DNA of 35,875 nt from Atractiella rhizophila (Eukaryota). The stretch is from positions 62,001 to 97,875 of the forward strand of contig MU271309.1 in NCBI GenBank assembly GCA_021432655.1. Reading direction: 5' to 3'. The notes under the pieces are model-generated. The model searched no databases. It saw only the letters and a list, made by a program, of their open reading frames with translations, and was not told the DNA's origin. Within the stretch, counting starts at the first letter, position 1. The number at the start of each line of letters is the position of its first letter. Below are positions 1-10,429 of the stretch, piece by piece. Position numbers and translations under genes: made by a program.

Positions 1-369
1 TTCCTTTCGTCGAGACTTCAATTGGCAGCTTGATTGAGTCCATTGAATGCACAGAGCCGAAAAAAAATGAGGGGTAAATGAGATTTAAAAGCACCATGCC
101 ATCCCCAAACACTCTGTAAGACCTGTCGGATCCAGCAAAGTGAAGAAACAATATTGAGGTGCCAGCGACATAGCCCAGACCCCACAGGGTTAAATAAAAG
201 TCTCGTCGTGTGTGAGTCATGCCTTTTGAGGTCAGACCGACCGTCGATCATCGATCACAAGTGAATGTGACGTGGACGATAGATTCTAGTAGGACAGCAA
301 TGCTATTAACTGAATGACTGATTGTAATTAAACAACTGAAGGGGAGTGGAGGTAGCTTTGAATAGAGGG

Positions 370-1433
370 TAGGGATGCACAACGGGGCGTGACGGGTCCG
401 GAACCCGTACTTCGTTCCCATCTTTTTTGGCGTGCGTGGAGCTCACTAAACACGTCTCGAACCGCACGCATTTTTGACGGGAACACGTGCGGCAGACATG
501 AAGAAGTGTTCCCGTCTTCGTACGCCAACACATCTCCTAACGTGGCTCCAGATTTCTATAGCTGTGCAATTTATGTAGCATCTTTTAGTCAACCAGGCCA
601 GGTAGGCTGGCTCATCAAGAACAAAGTGTCGATAGAAGGCAGCAAACCATCTTCCTCCAACAACTCTTGTTCTTCCTCACCATCGCAGCTTGACAGTACA
701 AAACGGTGGCAACACTCTCGTATTCAGCAAAACTTACGCAGAAGGCTAATCAGCATATGAAGGCGTTTCAAGAAGATGAGGACTTGCAACCAAATATCTG
801 ATTTAGTCTCCCTCCGCTGGTCTGGATGGAGGATCCTCTGGAATCTATCGTACAAGGTTGAAAACGGATTTGAAGGAGTGGTCTCAAATGGCAAGGGATA
901 TTCTGTCCATTCATGGTTTGGGTTTCCTTCATTCGTCTTCTTATTCAATTCTGAGGCTGATTATTCATTTTTAGGCTGTTCGGTAGCTGTGGAATGCATC
1001 TTCAGCGGAGCATGAGATATGACAGGGATCTGCCGCACACGCCTCAAGTCCAAGACTGTTCAGTCTCTCATGGTTCTTAAGGCTCAGCTATGATTGGAGA
1101 GAGATCCAAAGGCAAAGAAACTAAAGGCAGGCCTGGCTGCCATTGCGAAAGGAGCTTCAAGTTGACAGGTTGAAAAGTTCTTTATACATACATTCACATC
1201 TTGACTTCTCAGCTTCACTCAATGTGCTTTATTTTACATTATCTAGCCTAGTAATGTCAACATTGCATGTTATTACATGACGTGAGGCGTGTGCCGGCTA
1301 CAAACCCGTTACCGCCACCTTTGACGTACGACTCAGCAAATGGAACACGTCTCGCCGTACCCACCCGCATTCACTTGACATGACGAAGCTCACGTTGCCA
1401 CCTACACACGCCATGCCACGTTGTGCATCCCTA
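370..1433 (+). mobile_element. Non-autonomous (internally deleted) hAT DNA transposon, both ends intact
   Basis: TIR TAGGGATGCACAACG at 370-384 and its exact reverse complement at 1419-1433 (extends to 22 bp with 2 mismatches). Perfect 8-bp TSD ATAGAGGG at 362-369 and 1434-1441. Subterminal ACGGG/CCCGT motifs; contains a hAT C-terminal fragment. Confidence 0.95.
690..1165 (+). pseudogene. hAT transposase C-terminal dimerisation-domain remnant
   Basis: Reads DLKEWSQMARDILSIH, intron 916-974, then GCSVAVECIFSGA*DMTGICRTRLKSKTVQSLMVLK. This matches the hAT MARDxLxxP..SxxxERxFS..RxRL pattern but has in-frame stops. Confidence 0.88.
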
Positions 1434-2364
1434 ATAGAGGGTGCCAACATGGCATACTTGTCCGTGGGACTATTCATGATCCTGGAGGAGGAAGCGGCGA
1501 AACCGTTGGATAAGTGAATCAGAATAATGCCTCTGAAAATGTGGTCAAGAAAAATTGTTTTCATAACGGTCTATCCATGCATCTGTATTAATGACCGCTC
1601 GTCCCTACCCAAGAATGGACAGGAGTTGGCGCACCTTCCGCCCCAATTTGATTGCATGGTCCATAGTCACCGCCTCCCTTCCTCTGGCTCGCTCATTCTG
1701 TTCCTGACAACCTGCCGAATGTTTCCTCTTCCCCCCTCTCATTCGTCAGCTTCTCTTCTTCGAAGACACACCATCCCCATCCCCAGTTGTCCCATCATTC
1801 TCGTCGACTCCTCATCGCTCCCCCATCTGCATATCGTCCAGTAAAGCTCCTTATTCTTCCGGTTAGGAAAGAAGGGACTCCTGAATTGTGGCGCACGCGG
1901 TTTCCGGTGTATTGTATTGTATTGGAGGGAGAGAGGCATGTCCTTCTCGATGAAAAGTAACGCTGATGAGCAACCATCGTCGATGGTTGTCTCAGGCGTT
2001 GTGCAATTATTTCATTGTTTATTGGCTATGAGCGGCCGTTGATCTCGGCTTCGTTGATATTCTCTCAGTGCTACTACAGAGGGAGTATGAGGAGTCGTTA
2101 GCTCGCCACTCCTTGCCGCCACTTGCTGGAGGTATAGTGAGTATGTTGCCTGCGAAGGAGAGGTATCGTTTCGTTTGTAAGTTCTTAAATGTGGAAAAGA
2201 AGGTATCGAGCATACCATTGTGTGTAAACTTGACTGTCAAGCTGTCCTCTTACCCACACAACTCTCCATGCCATAAACCCCTTTCGCCCGTCTTCCTAGT
2301 CTCGATGAAGACCTGAACGGTAAAATCAGCTAACAATGGAGAAAGGGATGGAAAAGGAACAAAG

Positions 2365-2553
2365 TGACAAATGTATTAGCACTGCGAAGTGCGAGATAAC
2401 AATGAGTATAAGTCTCGCACTTGCAGGTTTACAAGCTTTTATAACAGAGAGATACCTGTGGCAAAAGATTGGCCACAGTTCCAGAAAGTGCTCAAAGGAA
2501 ACTAAACGCGCAAGTGCGTAAGTGGCGAAAGGAGGAGGCACACGATTCTGTCA
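2365..2553 (-). mobile_element. Solo LTR, family A, copy 1 (189 bp)
   Basis: TGACA...TGTCA ends; flanks CAAAG (2360-2364) and GAAAG (2554-2558) form a 5-bp TSD with 1 mismatch. Near-identical to 20433-20675. Strand inferred from TATAAAA on the minus strand. Confidence 0.85.
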
Positions 2554-3122
2554 GAAAGGAGCACCAGCGAGAATTTTTTCGGAGAGTCCTAGAACACTAA
2601 AGGATAGACAACATCTAGTATGAGCTGGGTAGATGATAGTATCGTAGACGGAGTTTGGGGAAGGGATAGCCCCAACAGCCAAGCGATATGAATCTCGGAT
2701 CCTAGAGCCAAACTAAATTCGTTGATTGTCAGTATCCATGGAGGAGAGAGCGAAAGCTCTTGAAAATCGATGTCTAACCCTTTCATCCTGTCTTCGTCGC
2801 CCGAGATGAAACGAAACGGCAGTGAGTTTCGCAACTTCTTGCCGAATCTAGCCGTGCCGCTTTTGCATGCAATGTGACCCAGCTTTTCCGATGTACGTTA
2901 CCTACTTTTTCTGTGTCTACAATCTTGTACTTTCTACAGATCTGGTACCTACTCTTGCCAGATACGAGGAAAGGAAGTATCCCCTCGACGTGCTCAGCTA
3001 ACAAGTCGACCGAACTTGCTTGAACAGTTTCATACTTCGCTGCTGCTGTGGAATGGGTGCAATGTCTACTCGTTTCCTGTCCTCCTTTTGGAGTATTACT
3101 TCTCCTGCAGGTTAGGGACGAT

Positions 3123-3130
3123 TATAAAAG
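3123..3130 (+). promoter_or_regulatory. Putative TATA box of the Zn2Cys6 relic
   Basis: TATAAAAG about 50 nt upstream of the ATG at 3179. Confidence 0.4.
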
Positions 3131-3178
3131 ATTCAATCATTATCATGATGCATGCAAGTCACCACCGTGTCTAACCTG

Positions 3179-3900
3179 ATGTCCTCCCAAGGCGAAAGTA
3201 GCACGAAGAAGGGACGGCAAGCGTATAGTTGAGAATTTTGCCGCCGTCGAAGAGTGTGATGTAATAGGTAAAGATTACTTACTGTTGTAGACGACTGATT
3301 TATTGATGTGTATCAGACTTTCTCAATGTAACCAATGCACGGCACGTAATATCAAATGTGTATGGTCCGAAGGAGGTATACATCCTTTAGCTCTCGTGGC
3401 AGAAGATGACTAACAACGCTTCTAGTAATACCGTGAGTTTGGATTCTCCTTTGTCAGATTTTCCTAACTATTCGTGAGTGACGTAGGACTGGTGCAACAG
3501 CACAAACAGTGGATGATATAAAAAGAGACGTGGGCCGTTTAACGGCTCAGCTTATTGGTGAAAATTTCGAGTTACAACGAAGTCGTTTACAGCAAGAAAC
3601 GGGGCTGTTTCTGTCACCACTTCACCTGGATTGGACGCTTTGGCGACGCTGGCATTTGCTTTTCGAGAAATGTGAAATCCTGTCGCAAAGACGAATTCTG
3701 CGACGTCGGCACTCACACCCCCTGACATATCATCGAGTCTTCAACTTGATGATCAACCGGAGGATGTGGATTTGAACGACTTCCTGGAAACACTGAAAAG
3801 TACAGCGACAGCTTCAGATCCTGCATCGATGACGAACGAAACGCAAAAGGTGCTAATACACAAAATACAGGAGCCTTTTGCTCTTGATTATTCTTTGAGA
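3179..3900 (+). pseudogene. Zn(II)2Cys6 (GAL4-type) transcription factor pseudogene
   Basis: Splicing intron 3268-3316 gives MSSQGESSTKKGRQAYS*EFCRRRRV*CNRLSQCNQCTARNIKCVW, i.e. C-x2-C-x6-C-x5-C-x2-C-x6-C with the first Cys and one Arg replaced by TGA. Further stops follow, then a coiled-coil-like segment (DDIKRDVGRLTAQL). The 3' limit is approximate. Confidence 0.85.
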
Positions 3901-4195
3901 GTTTGAACTAAGCTCACATCGGTACATTCTAACTCTTTTCCTGACTTCATAAGTAGATAATTTTGTTCTAAGTGTTTGAGATTTCTTTGCTTTCTATGTA
4001 TGGAAGCATGTAGAGTAAATGTACTCCAATGTCAGTGAAACTTTAACAAATATTGGGGAAGTGAAGCGTGATTGTTCCGTAAAATCCTTTGACGCATCCC
4101 CTTCGCTAGCATGCTTCTTGGCTTTCTGTTGCAGACCAAACCTCTTGTCCGTCTGGTCGTGAAGTTTATCTTCTATCCTATACTCTATCCACTAC

Positions 4196-4670
4196 TCTAA
4201 AGATTCATCAGTTCTTGGCATGAGTCATAAGACGCACTTTTGAGCCCTCACACCTCCCTCAACATACACAATAGAATGAAATGTATTATACCATCATATC
4301 CCATATGCTTGCCCCTTTCTGAACCTACAAGGAAATTTTATTCTGAAAGGGTTGAAAAATGTGTTTTGTAGTGGACTCGAACGCTGACAACGGTCACAGT
4401 AGGGTTCAAGGGGCCATGCCCCTTGCGAGTGGATTGGAGGGCCTGAGGGACGAAGGCCGCTGATACACTTTTTTATTTATTCCTCTAAGATTCATCAGTT
4501 CTTGGTGTGAGTCATAAAACACACTTTTGAGCCCTCATACCTCCCTCACCAGGCACATTGAAATGAAATGAGGTACACCATCTTACTGCATATGTTTGCA
4601 CCTTTCTGAAAGTGCAAGGAAATTTATTCTAAAGTCATGAAAAAAAGTGTTCCCTCCTGGATTTGAACCA
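4196..4670 (+). repeat. Diverged direct duplication of a ~190-bp unit (about 4196-4385 and 4483-4670) with a hairpin-containing spacer
   Basis: Both units share AAGATTCATCAGTTCTTGG..TGAGTCATAA..CACTTTTGAGCCCTCA..CCTCCCTC..AATGAAATG..CAAGGAAATTT. The spacer holds the hairpin CAAGGGGC-CAT-GCCCCTTG. Confidence 0.85.
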
Positions 4671-4761
4671 GTTGAAGAGGCCCACAAAGCCGATAATGCC
4701 GTGCGCAGCGGCCCCGCAAATTTCATGCCGTGCCGAAAGTGCGCACGCGATTTCTACAGCG

Positions 4762-4806
4762 TGTTTTGGGTTTTCTTGTTTTGGGTTTTCTTGTTTTGGG
4801 TTTTCT
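4762..4806 (+). repeat. Tandem repeat, 15 bp x3 (TGTTTTGGGTTTTCT)
   Basis: Three exact copies read directly. Confidence 0.95.
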
Positions 4807-4919
4807 CAGGTAGTGCGCCAGAAGAACATGTTTGCCTACTATGAGGGGAAGAAAGTGAACACATGTGAGTTGGAATATACTCCGTTGCATTATGTTCTCA
4901 TGCCATCTTGGAATCATCA

Positions 4920-7900
4920 TGTCCCGTCCTAAGAAAAAAAAATGGTGCAAACCAACGCATCCATGCTCAGCAACAAAGGCGGGAGGAGAGCCCATCGGAT
5001 ACACCTCAGGTTGCTCCACCTTCGCTCAGAAAGATGTCATGCAGGATTGCTGCAGCGCTTCCAGGTTACACAACTGACACCACCTCAGCATTTGACCCGT
5101 CAAATTTGTATGCAGCAACAGCAGGAGGATGAACCTCCTAGAGGACGCCGACGCGGATGGCAGTCAGACCCTCCACCTTTATGTGAAGAATTCAATGACA
5201 GTTCCTCTGATGGACAACAAGAAGGAGTATTTGAGAAGACTAATCTGCCTGATCAAACAGTGGTAGCTCCTTGGGATGCAAGACGAGATCAGCATCCTTT
5301 TCTCACATTCAATTACTTACCAGACACAGTGGAGGCAATCCGACTTTGGGGCTGGAATGAATCTCGACGATACAATAGGCCAACAGGTCATGGCATAGGA
5401 GAAATTGCAGTGCTTCTCATCGGCGAACAGTCAGGAGCTATGGCAGGTATCACAAGGGACATTGTGGTTAAACTTCGACATCCTGATGGTCAGAGTTTCT
5501 TTGAGAGAGTTAGTGATCAGATTGCCAACTATCTTCCTCTACGCTTCCCACTTTTGTTCCCCTACGGCGAGCAAGGTTGGCACTCATACATCCCCCTCAG
5601 TCATGGAGATCTGCTTCTACGGGGTCCACGAGAAGATATCGAAACGATGAAGGACGAATAGTTGGTAATATGGAGAACAGAAACACATTACTCAGATGAA
5701 CTATTACTCTTACTTGCTTCACCTAAAGAAGGACACATTCTCTCTAATTCACCATGGTGGCCGGCTCTTTCAAGAATTGGTTTGTGATGCTTATGCTCAG
5801 ATAGAAAGTGGATGATTGAGGTTCCTGAGGTACAATCAAGAACTTCTCCGAACTGAGTCTTATGCTGGACTTGGCGATGCATTAGAAGATGGTCGAGATG
5901 CTGCAGATGTTGGGAAGCGAACCATTCTACCATCGTCACACACAGGAAGTCCCCACCAGATGAACCAGCAATGCCGATTGTCGGGAACCGGGTTCACCTG
6001 CTATCTTCACAACTTTCACTTACAATCCACGGTGGCCAGAAATCACAGAAGCTCTCCTTCCTGGGCAAACAGCTGCCAATCGACCAGACTTGGTCTCTAG
6101 AGTTTTCAACGCAAAGGTGAAGGCTTACATGCAGGACATCAAGGATAACTCAATCTTTGGACGGTCAGTCGGCTTTGTCTGGGTGATTGACTTTCAGAAA
6201 CGCGGTCTCCCCCATGCTCACATCCTCATCATCCTCAATCCTGAAGATACCATCAGGGATGTTGAGGCGATCGACCACATAGTATCTGCCGAATTGCCTG
6301 ACAAGGATAGAGACCGTGAATTGTTCGAGATTGTCTGCAATCATATGCTTCATGGACCCTGTGGAGATATCAACCTAGATGCTCCATGCATGATAGATGA
6401 TCCTAAAAATCCTGGAAGAAAGATCTGTGGCAAAGGGTTTCCGAAGCCATTCGTAGAAGAAACAGAAACAGGCATCAATGAGGATGGCTATCCCACCTAT
6501 CATTGCTGTAACAATGGACGTACCTTTCAGAAATCGTGGAATGGATTCATTTACGACAATTGATGGGTCGTGCCGTTTAATGCTTATGTCCTTTGTCAGT
6601 TTACAGCTCATATCAATGTGGAACTCTGCATCTCCATCAAATCAGTCAAATACCTGTTCAAATACATCTACAAAGGAAATGATCGGGCACAAGCTGTCCT
6701 TCATAGTGCCCGAGGTGATGTTAGGGTAGTGGATGAGATTCAAGAGTACTTGGATGCTAGATTCATCGGATCTTCTGAAGGTAAGTGTTTAGAACTACTC
6801 TGAGATGATGTCAGGGCTTATTTGATACAATTTTACAGCCTGTTACCGGATTTTCCACTTTACTTTACACCAGCATTTTCCTGTGGTTATTCACTTGGCA
6901 GTACACCTTCCTGATCGGCATTCTGAGACCTTTAATCCTCAGGATGAGTCCTTGGGTGACATTCTCGGCAGGAACAACATTGCTAAAACAATGTTGACGG
7001 AGTTCTTCACCTACTGTCGGGAAAACCCCAACATTACTGAAGACCTTACCTATCCTAAGGCTCCTCAATTCCTTACCTGGAAGTCAGGCTCATGCTCTTG
7101 GAAAATCCGGGAGAAACAAGAAGCTATCGGCCATATCTACTATGTTGCGCTGTCACAAGGGGAGTTATTCTATCTCCGAATGCTTCTGCATCAGGTCGCC
7201 AGCCCAAAATCTTTTGAGCCTATCCGAACAGTAGAGGGAACTGTCTATGAAACTTTCAAGGCTACATGTGTGGCTCTTGGGCTATTAGAAAGTGACGAAG
7301 AATGGGATTATTGTCTCAATGACGCCAGCACCATCAAGAATCGCTTTGCGATGCGATCTCTGTTTGTCTACATCCTGCTATTCGGAGTCGCCAGCGAACC
7401 CAGAAGATTATGGGACAGCCATCATGAGCAACTCAGTGACGATTGTAAACACCTTCTACGGACAAAATATGGTGTACACGATCCAACGAACGAACAAATT
7501 ATCAGCCTCTGTCTCCTCGAAATTGAAGATCTCCTCCAGGCTCATGGTAAATCCCTAAGTGACTTTGGACTACCACATCTTGCAGAGCGACTACAAAGAT
7601 GGGGAGGCGAGACAAGGATTATTGGAGAAGAACTTGCATATGATCGACCACTACTTCACGCACATATTCAGACAGAGTTACCGTTATTAAATCTGGACCA
7701 ATGTCATGCTTATGACGCGGTTGTAGAAGCATGGCAAAGTGGAAATGGTGGATTATTTTTTATCGATGGGCCAGGAGGGACTGGAAAGACTTTTGTTGAA
7801 AACCTATTACTCGCTACAGTGCATTCAGCGGGGAAATTGCGCTGGCAGTGGCCTCTTCCGGTATTGCCGCTATTCTGCTGGAAGGTGGACGAACGGCCCA

Positions 7901-8287
7901 TACTCGCTTCCGGATCCCATTGGACATTGAAGCTGATTCCGTCTGCGGTGTTACAGCTCAAAGTGATCACGGTCGACTTTGTCGAGAGGCAGAATTGATA
8001 ATTTGGGACGAAGTGGGAATGAGTCATCGATGGTGCTTTGAAGCAGTTGACCGGATGCTGAGAGATATATGTAAGGTGGATGTGCCTTTTGGTGGAGTTA
8101 TTTTGGTTCTTGGTGGTAAGTGAATCAAGTCAAAGAGTTCATGTCTGATAAATAATTAGGCGACATGCGACAATGCCTCTCAGTCATCCCCAAAGCTTCA
8201 CATGTGCAGATCGTCAATGCATGTGTCATCAACAGTCCCTTTTGGCCAGCAGTTCGAGTCCTCCCACTCACAGTAAATATGCGCCTG
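4920..8287 (+). pseudogene. Helitron RepHel (HUH replication initiator plus PIF1-like helicase), degenerate
   Basis: N-terminal YNRPT..EIAV..RDIVV..PLRFPLLFPYGEQGW; ILPSSHTGSP; FTYNPRWPEI; RPDLVSRVF. Rep motifs FQKRGLPHAHIL (HUH) and HINVE..KYLFKYIYKG. Intron 6781-6838. Walker A GPGGTGKT near 7768-7791; IIWDEVGM; PFGG..GDMRQ; ends at VNMRL. Several stops and frameshifts. Confidence 0.96.
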
Positions 8288-10099
8288 CTCCGTCGTCGGG
8301 CCAAAATGAGCACGGTGCGTTTGCTTATGGGCCAACCATTACAAAGAGACAGGGGAGCTTCCAGTGTCCAATAGAGGTCAGTCCATCTGTTTATTGTCAA
8401 GTGAGTGCTCATGATACATTGCAGGAAGGCATGTAAAAACATTTAAACTGCTTAATGATCCAGAAAAATGTGAAAATCTCCGTACCTGGCTCCATACAAA
8501 TAAGTGGTCAATGGATCCAACAAAGCTTGCCCAATTCCACGTCAACATGATGGTCCTGCTCGCGCTGGAAAAGTACGTGAGGCAAACAATCCGAAAGGAG
8601 ATTCCACAAGGGTTGAAGAATTATCTTGATGTGGAGCTGTTTCCTGGCATCCGATTCAAGCCGGGACCAAAGGGCATCTCACTGAGGACGGGCAAGAAGA
8701 TGGTTGAAGAAAGAAGGGTTTAAATGGACATACTACAAGAAGGGCCTGTACTTTGAGTATGTCTGTTGCTGGATTTGTGTTGTGGAGTGTGGCCTGATTT
8801 CCTTTGGAGTGGTCACGAGCGACCAGATATTGTCAAGTACCGGCAAGAGGTTTTCATTCCCAAGTTTGAAAGCTATATCCCGCTGCTCCACCGATAAGAA
8901 GTGGGAAATGTGATGAAAGAAGTTGTCAAGGATCTTGCCCCCGATATCCGCCGAGTTGTCCTTGTCTCTCACGACGAGTCAACTTGTAATGCGCATGATG
9001 GCAAACACTTCTCATGGGTGCTTGATGGGCGAAATAACCTTCTAAAGAGGGGACAAGGTCGTGGTCTGCACCGATCAGAATTTATTTGCTCGACTAAAGG
9101 ATGGCTGGAGGAAGCTAGGGAGCAGCTGGAGTATGGGAAGAATCATGAGGGATATTGGAATGCTGAGAAACTGGCTGAGCGGGTTTGCATTCTTTCCTTG
9201 TGTATGTGCTGTTGTCAGTTGATGATTGTGTGTCCAGGTTAAGAAACAGTTCATTCCGGTTTTTGAACAGTTAGATCCACAAGACCAGGCGGTTGTCATT
9301 TTCGATAACTCAACTGGCCATGCAGCTCTCGCAAAGGATGCCCTGAACACTAAACATATGAATGTCAACTCTGGTATGTACTTTATTTACTGGTGTCATC
9401 GTATGGCATTGCTTACCTTTTATCAGACGGGGCACAAGCAAAGCTGAGAGATGGCTGGTGGGTGGATGCAACTGGGAGAAGACATGTCCAGCAGATGGTT
9501 TGTGACGATGGAGCTTCCAAAGGGATGAGGGTTGTCTTAGAGGAGAGAAACCTGTGGTTGCAGGGGCTGTGGGGGAAATGCAAGAAAGTTGCTGACCATT
9601 GTAATGATCACAAGTGTTGTGCAGGTAAGGTTCTCCCTTTGACTTTGAAAGTTTACTTACATTTGTGCTAGAGAGATGGCTTGCAGCCCAGCCAGATTTC
9701 TTGGAGCAGAAGCCGTTTGTACAAGAGATTCTGGAGCAGAGAGGCCATTATTCAATTTTCCTCCCAAAGTTTCATTGCGAGTTAAATTTTATTGAGGTTT
9801 TTGGGGAGCAATGAAACGATATATCAGAGGTGAGCTGCCAGGTTCCCACCTGCCTGCTTTGTGGCTGACATATGGAAACAGAGAATTGTGATTATACCTT
9901 TGAGGGATTAAAGCGAATGTTTCCAGAAGGTTTGGGGTCAGTGCCATTGTCAATAATACGCAAATTTGAGCATCGGAGCCACCGCTGGATTCAAGCTTAC
10001 AAGGAAGGAAAGAGTGTGATTGATGCTGAATATCAACAGAGGCAGTACTCTTCGCATCACAGGATTCCTGAGGCACGAGCAGCTCGGGAAGATCAATAA
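8288..10099 (+). pseudogene. IS630/Tc1/mariner-superfamily DDE transposase with long D-E insert, 5'-truncated
   Basis: WANHYKETGELP, LHTNKWSMDP, first D in VSHDES, GYWN, second D in IFDNSTGH, KGMRVVLEER, CCA..QPDF, and E in LPKFHCELNFIE. Introns at 9374-9426, 9625-9671 and 9830-9881; 1-nt frameshift near 9800. Confidence 0.9.
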
Positions 10100-10429
10100 T
10101 TTGCAATAAAGCCATATATTTGAATTAGAGTCAGATAATTTTCTTATATACAGATAATAATGGTATCTGAACCACTCTTCTTCGCCTCAACAAACTTCTC
10201 CCCCAGCCATACCCAAGCGGTCAATCCAAAAAAAAAATTATTCATAATTTGGAATTGTGCATCATCAACTGTCATCAATGAGTCATGGTCCGTCACACTG
10301 GTTGCGACTATAGTGCGGGTCGGCTCGTCCCAACCCAAAGTGCACATCAAAAAGTCAACTGCGGGAAGAGGTCCAATTCACTATTCCTCTTATAGATAGT
10401 ATATTTAGGTCCCTAGGATCCAATCTGTA

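Larger units (their letters stand above)
4169..8287 (+). mobile_element. Helitron, 3'-truncated
   Basis: Candidate 5' end A|TCTTCTATCCTATACTCTATCCACTACTCTAAAG at 4169 (less certain than the coding part), followed by RepHel coding remnants. No 3' hairpin/CTRR end seen. Confidence 0.8.

Noticed and set aside
1445..2360. Short overlapping ORFs
   Set aside because: No domain signature; cannot be distinguished from chance ORFs.
3230..3232. TGA at a conserved Cys read as selenocysteine or readthrough
   Set aside because: A second TGA replaces an Arg and TAA/TAG stops follow; simple pseudogenisation explains it.
4762..4806. Telomere-like T/G repeat or CRISPR array
   Set aside because: Only three 15-bp head-to-tail units, no spacers, not TTAGGG, and the context is eukaryotic.
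10290..10405. Possible right TIR of the Tc1-like element, or a minus-strand Helitron 5' end (TATACTATCTATAAGAGG)
   Set aside because: No partner end or TSD in the window to confirm either reading.
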